Assembly (NCBI RefSeq): GCF_058153355.1
Contig: NZ_CM177019.1
Direction: 5' to 3' (one strand)
Length of the DNA: 64,000 nucleotides
Positions 36,309 through 48,587 of the stretch are shown one piece after another (the stretch's first letter is position 1; each line of letters begins with the position of its first letter). Position numbers and translations under genes: made by a program. The notes under the pieces are model-generated. The model had not been told where the DNA came from, made no database searches, and saw only the letters and a list, made by a program, of their open reading frames with translations.

Positions 36309-38024
36309 TTACTCCACTTCCTGCCAGTTTTTCCGCTTACTGGTTTTACCGATCCCCGGATTCATGCTGTTGGTCGGATCGTTCTCGCGATAGAACTTCT
36401 GCAACGTCTCCGGTGCTTTATACAAATGACCGACGTTATGCTCGGCAGGGTATTGCGCGCCGCGCTGCTGTAGCAGTTCCAGCATCTGTTCTTTCAACGC
36501 ATGCACATCCACGCCTTTTTTAACGATGTAATCCTGATGGAAGACATAGCACATAAAATGGCCGTAATAGAGCTTGTGCACCAGCTGGCAGTCGATCTCC
36601 GGCGGTAAATGCTCATACCACTCGGTGTCGTTACGCCGCAGAGCGATATCCAGCGCCAGAATGTCTTCGACTTCATCGGAATGCACGGCCTGATAACGAA
36701 TTGCTGCGCCCGCAGCGGCGAAACGGTGTAAAAACGCTTTGCTGCCTTCCTCCGGCGTACAGACAAAGAAATCGCCCTCGGCCTGTTTGAAATAATCCAC
36801 CAGCCACGATTTAGCTTCGCCGACGCCATCGCCCGCCATTTTTAACAGCAGATGATGTTCATATTTATCGCGCCAGCTTTTCATGCGCGGTGGTAAATGG
36901 CTGGGGAACAAGTGACCGAATTTTTGCATCGCACGGTCGGTAAAATGCGGACGGAAGAATTTCACTTTCTCCAGCATCGCATCGGTGCGTCCCTTGAGAT
37001 TAAAGAAGAACGGCATCTTGTCGGTGCCTAACTTATCAATCATCAGGAAGGTATCTTTGCCGTATTTTTCCGCAATATCGTAGATATCCCGGTGCATATA
37101 TTCCCCGGCAACTGGCAGATTTTCGAAATTAGCCAGAATATGACGGCGGATTTCGGTCAGTACTTCCGGCTGGTTGGTGCCGATATAAAACACCTGCTGG
37201 TTTTTTTCCGCTTCGAAGGTATCAAGACGTACCGCAAAGACGGCCAGTTTACCGGCGCAACCGGAGGATTCAAACAGGCGATCCGGGTCGGCGTTATAAC
37301 GTGCGGGTGTGTCGGCTTCAATATCACGAACGCGGTGGACATAGTCATAATCGTGGGCGTGACGACCATCGTGGCGAATATCATCTTCTTTGATGCGATC
37401 GTCATCCAGCTTGCTAAGGATCTGCTCCGGCGTTTCGCCCAGATCAATCCCCAGATGATTCACCAGCGTCAGTTTGCCTTCTTCATTTATACGCGCGAAT
37501 AACGACATTTCGGTATACGCCGGGCCACGCTGCACCAGCGAGCCGCCGGAGTTGTTACAAATACCGCCGATGACCGATGCGCCTATACACGATGATCCAA
37601 TCACTGAGTGCGGTTCGCGTCCCAGCGGTTTGAGGGCTTTTTCCAGCGAATAGAGTGTGGTGCCCGGATAGGCCAGCACCTGTTCGCCCTTACCGAGTAC
37701 GTGCAGCTTGTCGAGACGCAGGGTGCTGATGATCACGATATCGCGATCATAATCGTTACCGTTTGGCGTCGATCCTTCGGTCAGACCTGTATTGGCGGCC
37801 TGCATCAGAATAATTTTGTCGGCGGTGACGCAGGCTTTCAGCACCCGCCACAATTCCAGTAGTGAGCCAGGGAAAACGACAGCCAGCGCGTCGCCCTGAC
37901 CAGAACGGAAGCCCTTGCGATAGCGGGCCGTTTTTGCGGGATCGGTGAGCAGGTGTGAATGACCGACCAGACGGGCAAGTTCATTCAAAAAGGCTTTATT
38001 ATCAGTTGTTGTCATGGAAGACAT
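36309..38024 (-). CDS. dld: FAD-dependent D-lactate dehydrogenase (membrane-associated, quinone-linked)
   Basis: 571-aa product from MSSMTTTDNKAFLNELARLVG; FAD-binding PCMH domain. Confidence 0.9.
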   Translation of the reverse strand: MSSMTTTDNKAFLNELARLVGHSHLLTDPAKTARYRKGFRSGQGDALAVVFPGSLLELWRVLKACVTADKIILMQAANTGLTEGSTPNGNDYDRDIVIISTLRLDKLHVLGKGEQVLAYPGTTLYSLEKALKPLGREPHSVIGSSCIGASVIGGICNNSGGSLVQRGPAYTEMSLFARINEEGKLTLVNHLGIDLGETPEQILSKLDDDRIKEDDIRHDGRHAHDYDYVHRVRDIEADTPARYNADPDRLFESSGCAGKLAVFAVRLDTFEAEKNQQVFYIGTNQPEVLTEIRRHILANFENLPVAGEYMHRDIYDIAEKYGKDTFLMIDKLGTDKMPFFFNLKGRTDAMLEKVKFFRPHFTDRAMQKFGHLFPSHLPPRMKSWRDKYEHHLLLKMAGDGVGEAKSWLVDYFKQAEGDFFVCTPEEGSKAFLHRFAAAGAAIRYQAVHSDEVEDILALDIALRRNDTEWYEHLPPEIDCQLVHKLYYGHFMCYVFHQDYIVKKGVDVHALKEQMLELLQQRGAQYPAEHNVGHLYKAPETLQKFYRENDPTNSMNPGIGKTSKRKNWQEVE

Positions 38025-38219
38025 TTTCCACTCCTTGTGGTGGCGAAAAAATATCACAAACTAGAATAGCGCCTTGTATGACAATTCAGCGAGTGAATAT
38101 TTTGAAAATTCAGACAATAAACTGAGCATTCTTTTTCTCTCTCTATCATGCTTATGGCAAACTACGGTTTTTGCACCATTTTCGCTGCCTCGTCGGGCAA
38201 CAGAGGAAGAAAAATCCAT

Positions 38220-40517
38220 ATGAAATGGCTATGTTCAGTAGGAATCGCGGTGAGTCTGGCCCTGCAGCCAGCACTGGCGGATGATTTATTCGGCAACCAT
38301 CCATTAACGCCCGAAGCGCGGGATGCGTTCGTCACCGAACTGCTTAAGAAAATGACAGTTGATGAGAAAATTGGTCAGCTGCGCTTAATCAGCGTCGGCC
38401 CGGATAATCCGAAAGAGGCGATCCGCGAGATGATCAAAGACGGGCAGGTTGGGGCGATTTTCAACACCGTAACCCGTCAGGATATCCGCGCCATGCAGGA
38501 TCAGGTGATGGAATTAAGCCGCCTGAAAATCCCTCTTTTCTTTGCTTACGACGTGCTGCACGGTCAACGCACGGTTTTCCCGATTAGCCTCGGTCTGGCC
38601 TCTTCTTTTAATCTTGATGCGGTGAAAACGGTCGGGCGTGTCTCTGCTTATGAAGCCGCAGATGATGGCCTGAACATGACCTGGGCACCGATGGTCGATG
38701 TCTCGCGCGATCCGCGCTGGGGACGTGCTTCCGAAGGTTTTGGCGAAGATACGTATCTCACTTCGATTATGGGTAAAACCATGGTGGAAGCGATGCAGGG
38801 TAAAAGCCCGGCAGATCGCTACTCGGTGATGACCAGCGTCAAACACTTTGCCGCTTACGGCGCGGTAGAAGGTGGTAAAGAGTACAACACCGTCGATATG
38901 AGTCCGCAGCGCCTGTTTAATGATTATATGCCGCCGTACAAAGCGGGGCTGGACGCAGGCAGCGGCGCGGTGATGGTGGCGCTGAACTCGCTGAACGGCA
39001 CGCCAGCCACCTCCGACTCCTGGCTGCTGAAAGATGTTCTGCGCGACCAGTGGGGCTTTAAAGGCATCACCGTTTCCGATCACGGCGCAATCAAAGAGCT
39101 GATTAAACATGGCACGGCGGCAGACCCGGAAGATGCGGTGCGCGTGGCACTGAAATCGGGCATCAACATGAGTATGAGCGACGAGTATTACTCGAAGTAT
39201 CTGCCTGGGTTGATCAAATCCGGCAAAGTGACGATGGAAGAGCTGGATGACGCTGCCCGTCATGTACTGAACGTGAAATATGATATGGGGTTGTTTAACG
39301 ACCCGTACAGCCATCTCGGTCCGAAAGAGTCTGACCCGGTGGATACCAATGCCGAAAGCCGCCTGCACCGCAAAGAAGCGCGTGAAGTGGCACGCGAAAG
39401 CCTGGTGTTGCTGAAAAACCGTCTCGAAACGTTACCGCTGAAAAAATCAGCCACCATTGCGGTGGTTGGGCCACTGGCGGACAGCAAACGTGACGTGATG
39501 GGCAGCTGGTCCGCAGCCGGTGTTGCCGATCAATCCGTGACCGTACTGACCGGGATTAAAAATGCCGTCGGTGAAAACGGTAAAGTGCTGTACGCCAAAG
39601 GGGCGAACGTTACCAGTGACAAAGGCATTATCGATTTCCTGAATCAGTATGAAGAGGCGGTCAAAGTCGATCCGCGTTCGCCCCAAGAGATGATTGATGA
39701 AGCGGTGCAAACCGCGAAACAATCTGATGTGGTGGTGGTTGTGGTCGGTGAAGCTCAGGGGATGGCGCACGAGGCTTCCAGCCGTACCGATATTACTATT
39801 CCGCAAAGCCAACGTGACTTGATTGCGGCGCTGAAAGCCACCGGTAAACCGCTGGTGCTGGTGCTGATGAACGGACGTCCACTGGCGCTGGTGAAAGAAG
39901 ATCAGCAGGCTGATGCGATTCTGGAAACCTGGTTTGCGGGGACTGAAGGCGGTAATGCGATTGCCGATGTGTTGTTTGGCGATTACAACCCGTCGGGCAA
40001 GCTGCCGATGTCCTTCCCGCGTTCTGTCGGGCAGATCCCGGTGTACTACAGCCATCTGAATACCGGTCGGCCGTATAATGCCGACAAGCCGAACAAATAC
40101 ACTTCGCGTTATTTTGATGAAGCTAACGGGGCGCTGTATCCGTTCGGCTATGGTCTGAGCTATACCACCTTCACCGTCTCTGATGTGAAACTTTCTGCGC
40201 CGACCATGAAGCGTGACGGCAAAGTGACCGCCAGTGTGCAGGTGACGAACACCGGTAAGCGCGAAGGGGCGACGGTAGTGCAGATGTACTTGCAGGATGT
40301 GACGGCTTCCATGAGTCGCCCGGTGAAGCAGCTGAAAGGCTTTGAGAAAATCACCCTGAAACCGGGCGAAACTCAGACCGTCAGCTTCCCGATTGATATC
40401 GAGGCGCTGAAGTTCTGGAATCAACAGATGAAATATGACGTCGAGCCTGGCAAGTTCAATGTCTTTATCGGCACTGATTCCGCACGCGTTAAGAAAGGCG
40501 AGTTTGAGTTGCTGTAA
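38220..40517 (+). CDS. bglX: Periplasmic beta-glucosidase (GH3)
   Basis: 765-aa product from MKWLCSVGIAVSLALQPALA (signal peptide); GH3 N-terminal and C-terminal domains. Confidence 0.9.
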   Translation: MKWLCSVGIAVSLALQPALADDLFGNHPLTPEARDAFVTELLKKMTVDEKIGQLRLISVGPDNPKEAIREMIKDGQVGAIFNTVTRQDIRAMQDQVMELSRLKIPLFFAYDVLHGQRTVFPISLGLASSFNLDAVKTVGRVSAYEAADDGLNMTWAPMVDVSRDPRWGRASEGFGEDTYLTSIMGKTMVEAMQGKSPADRYSVMTSVKHFAAYGAVEGGKEYNTVDMSPQRLFNDYMPPYKAGLDAGSGAVMVALNSLNGTPATSDSWLLKDVLRDQWGFKGITVSDHGAIKELIKHGTAADPEDAVRVALKSGINMSMSDEYYSKYLPGLIKSGKVTMEELDDAARHVLNVKYDMGLFNDPYSHLGPKESDPVDTNAESRLHRKEAREVARESLVLLKNRLETLPLKKSATIAVVGPLADSKRDVMGSWSAAGVADQSVTVLTGIKNAVGENGKVLYAKGANVTSDKGIIDFLNQYEEAVKVDPRSPQEMIDEAVQTAKQSDVVVVVVGEAQGMAHEASSRTDITIPQSQRDLIAALKATGKPLVLVLMNGRPLALVKEDQQADAILETWFAGTEGGNAIADVLFGDYNPSGKLPMSFPRSVGQIPVYYSHLNTGRPYNADKPNKYTSRYFDEANGALYPFGYGLSYTTFTVSDVKLSAPTMKRDGKVTASVQVTNTGKREGATVVQMYLQDVTASMSRPVKQLKGFEKITLKPGETQTVSFPIDIEALKFWNQQMKYDVEPGKFNVFIGTDSARVKKGEFELL

Positions 40518-40526
40518 TGCTTTAGT

Positions 40527-40647
<121 letters not shown>

Positions 40648-40789
40648 AGAAACGCCGGGCAAAATATGCCCTTTAAGTATTTATCTGATTCTGCAACTGA
40701 ATCCTTCCGCTCAGGCTAACCCCGCCATTATCAACTATGCTTTTCTCTTAATTCGCTGAAAACAACAGTAAAAGAATGAGGAAAGCATC

Positions 40790-41707
40790 ATGCCACTCTC
40801 AAAGCTCTGGGCAGGTTCACTGGTTTTGTTGGCAGCCGTGAGCCTGCCGCTACAGGCGGCTTCCCCCGTTAAAGTCGGTTCGAAAATCGATACCGAAGGC
40901 GCGCTACTCGGCAACATTATTTTGCAAGTGCTGGAAAGCCACGGCGTACCGACGGTGAATAAAGTCCAGTTGGGAACCACGCCGGTGGTGCGCGGGGCGA
41001 TTACTTCCGGTGAACTGGATATCTATCCGGAATATACCGGCAATGGCGCGTTTTTCTTTAAAGATGAAAACGATGCGGCGTGGAAAAATGCCGGGCAAGG
41101 CTACGAGAAAGTCAAAAAGCTCGATGCAGAACAAAACAAGTTAATCTGGCTGACGCCTGCGCCTGCAAATAACACCTGGACCATCGCCGTGCGTCAGGAT
41201 GTTGCAGAGAAAAACAAACTCACTTCGCTTGCCGACCTGAGTCGTTATCTGAAAGACGGTGGCACCTTCAAACTGGCGGCCTCAGCAGAGTTTATCGAAC
41301 GCGCCGATGCCTTACCCGCTTTTGAAAAAGCCTATGGCTTTAAGCTCAGTCAGGATCAGTTGCTGTCACTGGCCGGTGGCGACACTGCGGTGACAATCAA
41401 AGCTGCTGCCCAGCAAACATCCGGCGTTAATGCGGCGATGGCTTACGGCACCGACGGCCCGGTCGCGGCGCTGGGGCTGCAAACCTTAAGCGATCCGCAA
41501 GGCGTGCAACCTATCTACGCGCCTGCACCAGTGGTGCGTGAATCGGTGTTGAAGGAGTATCCGCAAATGGCACAGTGGCTACAGCCAGTCTTCGCCAGCC
41601 TCGATGCAAAAACATTGCAGCAACTGAATGCCAGCATTGCTGTGGAAGGACTGGATGCCAAAAAAGTGGCTGCCGACTACCTGAAACAAAAAGGGTGGAC
41701 GAAGTAA
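40790..41707 (+). CDS. osmF: Periplasmic glycine betaine-binding protein OsmF (YehZ)
   Basis: 305-aa ORF with signal peptide; first gene of osmF-yehYXW ABC transporter operon. Confidence 0.9.
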   Translation: MPLSKLWAGSLVLLAAVSLPLQAASPVKVGSKIDTEGALLGNIILQVLESHGVPTVNKVQLGTTPVVRGAITSGELDIYPEYTGNGAFFFKDENDAAWKNAGQGYEKVKKLDAEQNKLIWLTPAPANNTWTIAVRQDVAEKNKLTSLADLSRYLKDGGTFKLAASAEFIERADALPAFEKAYGFKLSQDQLLSLAGGDTAVTIKAAAQQTSGVNAAMAYGTDGPVAALGLQTLSDPQGVQPIYAPAPVVRESVLKEYPQMAQWLQPVFASLDAKTLQQLNASIAVEGLDAKKVAADYLKQKGWTK

Positions 41708-41713
41708 TTTCCC

Positions 41714-42871
41714 GTGACTTATTTCCGTATTAATCCTGTTCTGGCGCTGCTGCTGTTGCTGACGGCAATCGCAGCGGCGCTGCCGTTTATCAGTTACGCG
41801 CCTAATCGTTTAGTCTCGGGTGAGGGGCGTCATCTCTGGCAGCTGTGGCCGCAAACGATCTGGATGCTGGTGGGCGTTGGTTGCGCCTGGCTGACCGCCT
41901 GTTTTATTCCCGGTAAAAAAGGCAGCATTTTTGCACTCATTCTGGCGCAATTCGTCTTCATATTGCTGGTGTGGGGCGCGGGAAAGGCGGCGACACAACT
42001 GGCGCAAAATGGCAGTGCGCTGGCGCGTACCAGCCTCGGCAGTGGTTTCTGGCTGGCTGCGGCGCTGGCATTGCTGGCCTGTAGCGATGCCATCCGCCGA
42101 ATCTCCACGCATCCGCTGTGGCGCTGGTTGTTGCATATGCAGATTGCCATTATTCCGCTGTGGTTGCTGTACTCCGGTACGCTTAACGATCTTTCGCTAA
42201 TGAAAGAATACGCCAACCGTCAGGATGTGTTTAATGACGCGCTGGCGCAACATCTGACGTTGCTGTTTGGTGCGGTGCTGCCTGCGTTAGTGATTGGTGT
42301 GCCGCTGGGCGTCTGGTGCTACTTTTCCACTGCGCGGCAGGGGGCGATTTTTTCTCTGCTGAATGTCATTCAGACCGTGCCTTCGGTGGCGCTCTTTGGC
42401 CTGTTGATTGCGCCGCTTGCCGCGCTGGTTACGGCCTTTCCGTGGCTGGGTAAGCTCGGCATAGCAGGAACCGGAATGACACCCGCACTGATTGCGCTGG
42501 TGCTCTATGCCTTGCTGCCGCTGGTGCGCGGTGTGGTAGTCGGCTTGAACCAGATCCCGCACGATGTGCTGGAGAGCGCCACAGCGATGGGCTTGAACGG
42601 AGCACAGCGATTCCTGCATGTGCAGCTACCGCTGGCGTTACCGGTATTTCTGCGCAGCCTGCGGGTGGTGATGGTGCAAACCGTCGGCATGGCGGTGATT
42701 GCGGCATTAATCGGCGCAGGTGGTTTTGGTGCGCTGGTTTTCCAGGGGCTGCTAAGCAGTGCCATTGATTTAGTGTTGCTGGGGGTGATCCCGGTAATCG
42801 TACTGGCGGTGCTGATCGACGCACTGTTCGATCTGGTTATCGCACTGCTGAAGGTGAAACGTAATGATTGA
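41714..42871 (+). CDS. yehY: ABC transporter permease YehY
   Basis: 385-aa polytopic ORF; operon position. Confidence 0.9.
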   Translation: MTYFRINPVLALLLLLTAIAAALPFISYAPNRLVSGEGRHLWQLWPQTIWMLVGVGCAWLTACFIPGKKGSIFALILAQFVFILLVWGAGKAATQLAQNGSALARTSLGSGFWLAAALALLACSDAIRRISTHPLWRWLLHMQIAIIPLWLLYSGTLNDLSLMKEYANRQDVFNDALAQHLTLLFGAVLPALVIGVPLGVWCYFSTARQGAIFSLLNVIQTVPSVALFGLLIAPLAALVTAFPWLGKLGIAGTGMTPALIALVLYALLPLVRGVVVGLNQIPHDVLESATAMGLNGAQRFLHVQLPLALPVFLRSLRVVMVQTVGMAVIAALIGAGGFGALVFQGLLSSAIDLVLLGVIPVIVLAVLIDALFDLVIALLKVKRND

Positions 42872-43790
42872 ATTTAGCCATGTCAGCAAACTGTTCGGCA
42901 CACAAAAAGCCGTTAACGATCTCAATCTCAATTTTCAGGAAGGGAGTTTTTCGGTGCTGATTGGTACATCAGGCTCCGGTAAATCCACCACATTGAAAAT
43001 GATCAACCGTCTGGTAGAGCATGACAGCGGAGTGATCCGCTTTGCCGGAGAAGAAATTCGCTCGCTGCCAGTGCTGGAGTTACGCCGCCGGATGGGCTAT
43101 GCCATTCAATCTATTGGCCTGTTTCCCCACTGGAGCGTGGCGCAAAACATTGCTACTGTGCCGCAATTACAAAAATGGTCGCGGGCGCGGATCGACGACC
43201 GTATCGACGAATTAATGGCGCTACTGGGGCTGGAGCCGAATTTGCGTGAGCGTTATCCGCATCAGCTTTCCGGCGGTCAGCAGCAACGTGTGGGAGTGGC
43301 CCGCGCACTGGCTGCCGATCCGCAAGTCTTACTGATGGATGAACCCTTTGGCGCACTGGACCCGGTAACGCGCGGCGCGTTGCAACAAGAGATGACGCGT
43401 ATTCACCGTTTGTTAGGGCGCACCATTGTGCTGGTCACTCATGATATTGATGAGGCGCTACGGCTGGCAGAACATCTGGTATTGATGGATCACGGTGAAG
43501 TGGTGCAGCAGGGCAATCCGCTGACGATGCTGACTCGTCCGGCGAATGAATTTGTCCGCCAGTTTTTTGGCCGTAGTGAACTGGGTGTGCGCCTGCTTTC
43601 GTTACGTAGCGTGGCGGATTATGTGCGCCGCGAAGAGCGGGCTGAAGGTGAGGCGCTGGCAGAAGAAATGACGCTACGCGATGCGCTCTCCCTGTTTGTC
43701 GCGCGGGGATGCGAAGTGCTGCCGGTGGTGAACACGCAGGGCCAGCCTTGCGGTACGCTGCATTTTCAGGATCTGCTGGTGGAGGCGTAA
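42864..43790 (+). CDS. yehX: ABC transporter ATP-binding protein YehX (with C-terminal CBS-like region)
   Basis: Walker [10 protein letters not shown], signature LSGGQQQRV and Walker B LLMDEP. Confidence 0.9.
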   Translation: MIEFSHVSKLFGTQKAVNDLNLNFQEGSFSVLIGTSGSGKSTTLKMINRLVEHDSGVIRFAGEEIRSLPVLELRRRMGYAIQSIGLFPHWSVAQNIATVPQLQKWSRARIDDRIDELMALLGLEPNLRERYPHQLSGGQQQRVGVARALAADPQVLLMDEPFGALDPVTRGALQQEMTRIHRLLGRTIVLVTHDIDEALRLAEHLVLMDHGEVVQQGNPLTMLTRPANEFVRQFFGRSELGVRLLSLRSVADYVRREERAEGEALAEEMTLRDALSLFVARGCEVLPVVNTQGQPCGTLHFQDLLVEA

Positions 43791-43794
43791 GCGT

Positions 43795-44526
43795 ATGAAG
43801 ATGTTGCGCGATCCGCTGTTCTGGCTCATTGCTCTGTTTGTGGCGCTGATTTTCTGGCTGCCTTACAGCCAGCCGCTGTTTTCTGCCTTGTTCCCACAAC
43901 TGCCACGACCCGTTTATCAGCAAGAAAGTTTTGCCGTCCTGGCGCTGGCCCATTTCTGGCTGGTGGGAATTTCGAGTTTGTTTGCTGTGATCATTGGCGT
44001 TGGTGCCGGAATTGCCGTCACTCGACCGTGGGGTGCGGAATTTCGCCCACTGGTAGAAACTATCGCTGCCGTTGGGCAGACTTTTCCGCCCGTCGCGGTG
44101 CTGGCGATTGCTGTTCCGGTGATGGGGTTTGGTCTGCAACCGGCGATTATCGCCTTGATCCTGTACGGTGTGCTGCCCGTCCTGCAGGCGACACTTGCCG
44201 GGCTGGGATCGATTGATGCCAGCGTGACAGAAGTTGCTAAAGGTATGGGAATGAGCCGTGGTCAGCAACTGCGTAAGGTCGAGCTACCGCTGGCGGCTCC
44301 GGTGATTCTGGCGGGCGTGCGAACTTCGGTGATTATCAACATTGGTACGGCGACGATCGCCTCAACGGTAGGGGCCAGCACGCTGGGTACGCCCATCATC
44401 ATCGGGCTTAGCGGATTTAATACCGCGTATGTGATCCAGGGGGCGTTACTGGTGGCACTGGCGGCGATCATCGCAGACCGCCTGTTTGAAAGGCTGGTGC
44501 AGGCGCTTAGCCAGCACGCAAAATAA
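43795..44526 (+). CDS. yehW: ABC transporter permease YehW
   Basis: 243-aa polytopic ORF; operon position. Confidence 0.9.
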
Positions 44527-44614
44527 AGGTATAACCTGCGAGCATGACGCCACCAATTCCGCCTAACGCCATAAACAGGAACAGGGCGATGACCCCAATT
44601 TTAGCTATGCGCAT
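44507..44614 (-). CDS. yohO: Small membrane protein YohO (35 aa)
   Basis: Reverse-strand [38 protein letters not shown] read manually; overlaps the yehW 3' end. Confidence 0.7.
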
Positions 44615-44673
44615 AATGCACTCCTTATGTTAACGAAAGGATTGTACAGTAAAGCGCATTTGTTAACGAATCA

Positions 44674-45405
44674 TTAAATGCCGAGTGGGAAAATATCATG
44701 GCCTTGTTCCTGCCAACTGGTAAGTTGCTGCTGTTGGGCAGAGGTTCGATTTTCACCGCACCACACCAGCAATGTACGGCCTTCGAACAGTTCAGGGCGT
44801 AGTTGATTGAGCGAGTGGGCGAGGACATCAATGCGCCAGCCCTGTTGACTGGCAATCCAGCCCTCTAGCCACAGACGGGTGGTATCCTGAATATTCCAGC
44901 CAACCACCAGCGCATCTTTACCCTGTTTTTTACGTGCCGAAGCCAGACAAATGGCGATGTAGTTGATCAGTACGCCGTCGAGGATCGCCAGCAGCGCCTG
45001 GAGAGTCGGTTGTTGGCACTGAAGTCGTCGGCGCAGAGGAATAAACAGGTGCGTGGTGAGTGTCTGGGCGGGGTAATCCTGACCGCGCTCTTTGATCCAC
45101 GTTCGCAGGCTATGCAGATTGCCGCTTTGCAGGTAAGTCAGTAATGTTTCTTGCTGATCGCGCCAGCCGTTCTGCACATCAACATTTTCATTACTGAGCA
45201 GCATTTTAACTTTGCTGACCTGCACGCCGTTGTCGATCCAGCGTTTGATCTCGCGGATCCGGTCAATATCGGCATCATTGAACAGCCGATGACCGCCGTC
45301 TGTCCGTTGCGGTTTCAGCAATCCGTAACGCCTCTGCCACGCGCGTAACGTGACAGGGTTAATATCACAAAGCAACGCCACTTCACCAATTGTGTAAAGC
45401 GCCAT
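44674..45405 (-). CDS. mlrA: MerR-family regulator MlrA (activator of csgD)
   Basis: 243-aa ORF with MerR HTH MALYTIGEVALLCDINPVTLRAWQRRYGLLKPQRTDGGHRLF. Confidence 0.9.
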   Translation of the reverse strand: MALYTIGEVALLCDINPVTLRAWQRRYGLLKPQRTDGGHRLFNDADIDRIREIKRWIDNGVQVSKVKMLLSNENVDVQNGWRDQQETLLTYLQSGNLHSLRTWIKERGQDYPAQTLTTHLFIPLRRRLQCQQPTLQALLAILDGVLINYIAICLASARKKQGKDALVVGWNIQDTTRLWLEGWIASQQGWRIDVLAHSLNQLRPELFEGRTLLVWCGENRTSAQQQQLTSWQEQGHDIFPLGI

Positions 45406-45626
45406 CGTCTCACCCTTGCTCGCGAGGTCCCAGTTTAACTTTAGACGCAGTTTTGCGAACCAGGTAGTTTTGCCCGTTTTTTGTTCATCTATAGGGTGAT
45501 TTTATTTTTGCCAGGCGATTTTGAGTGATCGTACTCACGAATTCTCATTTTTTTGCAAGAGTTCAAAGAAAGTTAAACGCAGGCAATGTATGTTACGCGT
45601 TTTAAAGGGAAGTGTGGTTTGCGGGT

Positions 45627-47312
45627 ATGTACGATTTTAATCTGGTGTTGCTGCTGCTTCAGCAGATGTGCGTTTTTTTAGTCATTGCGTGGTTAATGAG
45701 TAAAACGCCATTATTCATACCGTTAATGCAGGTCACGGTTCGTCTGCCGCATAAATTTCTCTGCTACATCGTCTTTTCCATCTTCTGCATCATGGGCACT
45801 TGGTTTGGGCTGCACATTGACGATTCTATTGCCAATACCCGTGCGATTGGTGCGGTAATGGGCGGCTTACTCGGCGGTCCGGTCGTCGGTGGGCTGGTTG
45901 GTCTGACCGGCGGGTTACATCGATATTCGATGGGGGGCATGACCGCGCTAAGTTGCATGATCTCGACCATCGTTGAAGGATTGCTCGGCGGCCTGGTACA
46001 CAGCATCCTGATCCGTCGCGGGCGCACTGATAAAGTCTTTAACCCCATTACCGCCGGTGCCGTCACGTTCGTCGCTGAAATGGTGCAAATGTTGATCATC
46101 CTGGCGATCGCCCGACCTTATGAAGATGCGGTGCGTCTGGTGAGTAATATTGCTGCGCCAATGATGGTCACCAATACCGTCGGCGCGGCGCTGTTTATGC
46201 GTATATTGCTCGATAAACGCGCGATGTTTGAAAAATACACTTCGGCTTTTTCTGCTACTGCGCTGAAAGTGGCTGCCTCGACGGAAGGCATTTTGCGCCA
46301 GGGGTTTAACGAAGTGAACAGCATGAAAGTGGCACAGGTGCTGTATCAGGAGCTGGATATTGGTGCAGTCGCGATTACCGATCGAGAGAAATTGCTGGCC
46401 TTTACCGGAATTGGTGACGACCACCATTTACCTGGTAAACCGATTTCTTCGACTTACACCTTAAAAGCGATTGAAACCGGTGAAGTGGTCTACGCCGATG
46501 GCAACGAAGTGCCTTACCGTTGCTCGTTGCATCCGCAATGCAAACTGGGTTCGACGCTGGTGATTCCGTTGCGTGGTGAAAATCAGCGGGTGATGGGCAC
46601 CATCAAATTGTATGAAGCCAAAAACCGTTTGTTCAGTTCAATCAATCGCACGCTGGGCGAGGGGATTGCGCAACTGCTTTCGGCGCAGATCCTCGCCGGG
46701 CAATATGAGCGGCAAAAAGCGATGCTCACCCAGTCAGAGATCAAACTGCTTCACGCTCAGGTGAACCCCCATTTTTTGTTTAATGCGCTTAACACCATTA
46801 AAGCGGTGATCCGCCGCGACAGCGAACAGGCCAGCCAGCTGGTGCAGTATCTTTCCACTTTTTTCCGCAAAAACTTAAAGCGGCCTTCGGAGTTTGTTAC
46901 TCTCGCCGACGAAATTGAACATGTGAACGCTTATCTGCAAATTGAAAAGGCGCGCTTCCAGTCGCGGTTGCAGGTCAGCATTGCTATTCCGCAAGAATTA
47001 TCCCAGCAGCAATTGCCCGCGTTTACCCTGCAACCGATTGTGGAAAACGCCATTAAACATGGGACATCACAACTGCTGGATACAGGGCGAGTAGCAATCA
47101 GCGCCCGACGTGAGGGGCAACATTTGATGCTGGAGATCGAAGACAATGCTGGCTTGTATCAACCGGTAACCAATGCCAGCGGGCTGGGGATGAATCTGGT
47201 GGATAAGCGTTTACGTGAACGGTTTGGCGATGACTATGGGATAAGCGTCGCCTGTGAACCTGATAATTACACCCGAATAACGTTACGACTGCCATGGAGG
47301 GACGAGGCATGA
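45627..47312 (+). CDS. btsS: LytS-type sensor histidine kinase BtsS (YehU)
   Basis: 561-aa product with 5TMR-LYT membrane domain, GAF region and His_kinase/HATPase region (…[11 protein letters not shown]…). Confidence 0.9.
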   Translation: MYDFNLVLLLLQQMCVFLVIAWLMSKTPLFIPLMQVTVRLPHKFLCYIVFSIFCIMGTWFGLHIDDSIANTRAIGAVMGGLLGGPVVGGLVGLTGGLHRYSMGGMTALSCMISTIVEGLLGGLVHSILIRRGRTDKVFNPITAGAVTFVAEMVQMLIILAIARPYEDAVRLVSNIAAPMMVTNTVGAALFMRILLDKRAMFEKYTSAFSATALKVAASTEGILRQGFNEVNSMKVAQVLYQELDIGAVAITDREKLLAFTGIGDDHHLPGKPISSTYTLKAIETGEVVYADGNEVPYRCSLHPQCKLGSTLVIPLRGENQRVMGTIKLYEAKNRLFSSINRTLGEGIAQLLSAQILAGQYERQKAMLTQSEIKLLHAQVNPHFLFNALNTIKAVIRRDSEQASQLVQYLSTFFRKNLKRPSEFVTLADEIEHVNAYLQIEKARFQSRLQVSIAIPQELSQQQLPAFTLQPIVENAIKHGTSQLLDTGRVAISARREGQHLMLEIEDNAGLYQPVTNASGLGMNLVDKRLRERFGDDYGISVACEPDNYTRITLRLPWRDEA

Positions 47313-48028
47313 TTAAAGTCTTAATTGTCGATGACGAACCGTTAGCACGGGAGAACCTGCGCGTATTTTTGCAGGAGCAGAGTGATATTGAAATTGTCGG
47401 CGAGTGTTCAAACGCTGTAGAAGGGATCGGCGCGGTGCATAAACTGCGCCCGGACGTGCTGTTCCTCGATATCCAGATGCCGCGCATCAGTGGTCTGGAA
47501 ATGGTGGGAATGCTCGACCCGGAACATCGTCCGTATATCGTTTTTCTCACCGCGTTTGACGAATACGCCATTAAAGCCTTTGAAGAACATGCATTTGATT
47601 ATCTCCTGAAGCCAATTGATGAAGCGCGGCTGGAGAAAACGCTGGCGCGTTTGCGTCAGGAGCGCAGCAAGCAGGATGTTTCGCTGTTACCGGAAAATCA
47701 ACAGGCGCTGAAATTTATCCCTTGTACGGGGCATAGTCGGATTTATTTGCTGCAAATGAGAGATGTAGCATTTGTCAGCAGTCGGATGAGCGGTGTCTAC
47801 GTTACCAGCCACGAAGGGAAAGAAGGTTTTACCGAACTGACTTTGCGCACCCTGGAGAGCCGTACACCACTACTGCGCTGCCATCGTCAGTACCTGGTTA
47901 ACCTCGCGCATTTACAGGAGATTCGTCTGGAAGATAACGGCCAGGCCGAGTTGATTTTACGTAATGGCTTAACTGTTCCGGTCAGCCGCCGCTATCTGAA
48001 AAGTTTAAAAGAGGCGATTGGCCTGTAA
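47309..48028 (+). CDS. btsR: LytTR-family response regulator BtsR (YehT)
   Basis: 239-aa product from [16 protein letters not shown] with receiver domain (Asp in VLFLDIQMP) and C-terminal LytTR DNA-binding domain; 4-nt overlap with btsS. Confidence 0.9.
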   Translation: MIKVLIVDDEPLARENLRVFLQEQSDIEIVGECSNAVEGIGAVHKLRPDVLFLDIQMPRISGLEMVGMLDPEHRPYIVFLTAFDEYAIKAFEEHAFDYLLKPIDEARLEKTLARLRQERSKQDVSLLPENQQALKFIPCTGHSRIYLLQMRDVAFVSSRMSGVYVTSHEGKEGFTELTLRTLESRTPLLRCHRQYLVNLAHLQEIRLEDNGQAELILRNGLTVPVSRRYLKSLKEAIGL

Positions 48029-48074
48029 AAGACTGCTAAAATGGTTTTTTGCCTCATCAACACCTGAAGGCCTC

Positions 48075-48545
48075 ATGCTAAGTAACGATATTCTGCGCAG
48101 CGTGCGCTACATTTTGAAAGCCAATAATAACGACTTGGTGCGCATTCTGGCGCTGGGTAATGTCGAAGCCACTGCGGAACAGATCGCCGTCTGGCTACGC
48201 AAAGAAGACGAAGAAGGGTTTCAGCGTTGTCCGGACATTGTTCTGTCTTCATTCCTGAATGGCCTGATTTATGAAAAACGTGGCAAGGATGAGTCAGCTC
48301 CGGCACTGGAGCCGGAACGTCGCATTAATAACAACATCGTGCTGAAAAAATTACGTATCGCGTTTTCGCTGAAAACTGATGATATTCTGGCGATCCTTAC
48401 CGAACAGCAGTTCCGCGTTTCGATGCCGGAAATTACGGCGATGATGCGTGCACCGGATCATAAAAACTTTCGTGAATGCGGCGATCAATTCATGCGTTAT
48501 TTTCTGCGTGGGCTGGCAGCGCGCCAGCATGTGAAGAAAAGCTAA
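48075..48545 (+). CDS. yehS: DUF1456-family protein YehS
   Basis: 156-aa product from MLSNDILRSVRYILKANNNDLVRI; synteny. Confidence 0.85.
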   Translation: MLSNDILRSVRYILKANNNDLVRILALGNVEATAEQIAVWLRKEDEEGFQRCPDIVLSSFLNGLIYEKRGKDESAPALEPERRINNNIVLKKLRIAFSLKTDDILAILTEQQFRVSMPEITAMMRAPDHKNFRECGDQFMRYFLRGLAARQHVKKS

Positions 48546-48587
48546 GACGGGTATGGCGGCCATGCGAAGAACATGGCCGCCGACAGA

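Noticed and set aside
38514-40424. Two long minus-strand ORFs (284 and 325 aa)
   Set aside because: Both are antisense inside bglX, a confidently identified GH3 gene; GC-rich coding regions commonly yield long spurious antisense frames.
43435-44268. 277-aa minus-strand ORF rich in Arg, Gln and His
   Set aside because: Antisense to yehX/yehW with a low-complexity composition; spurious.
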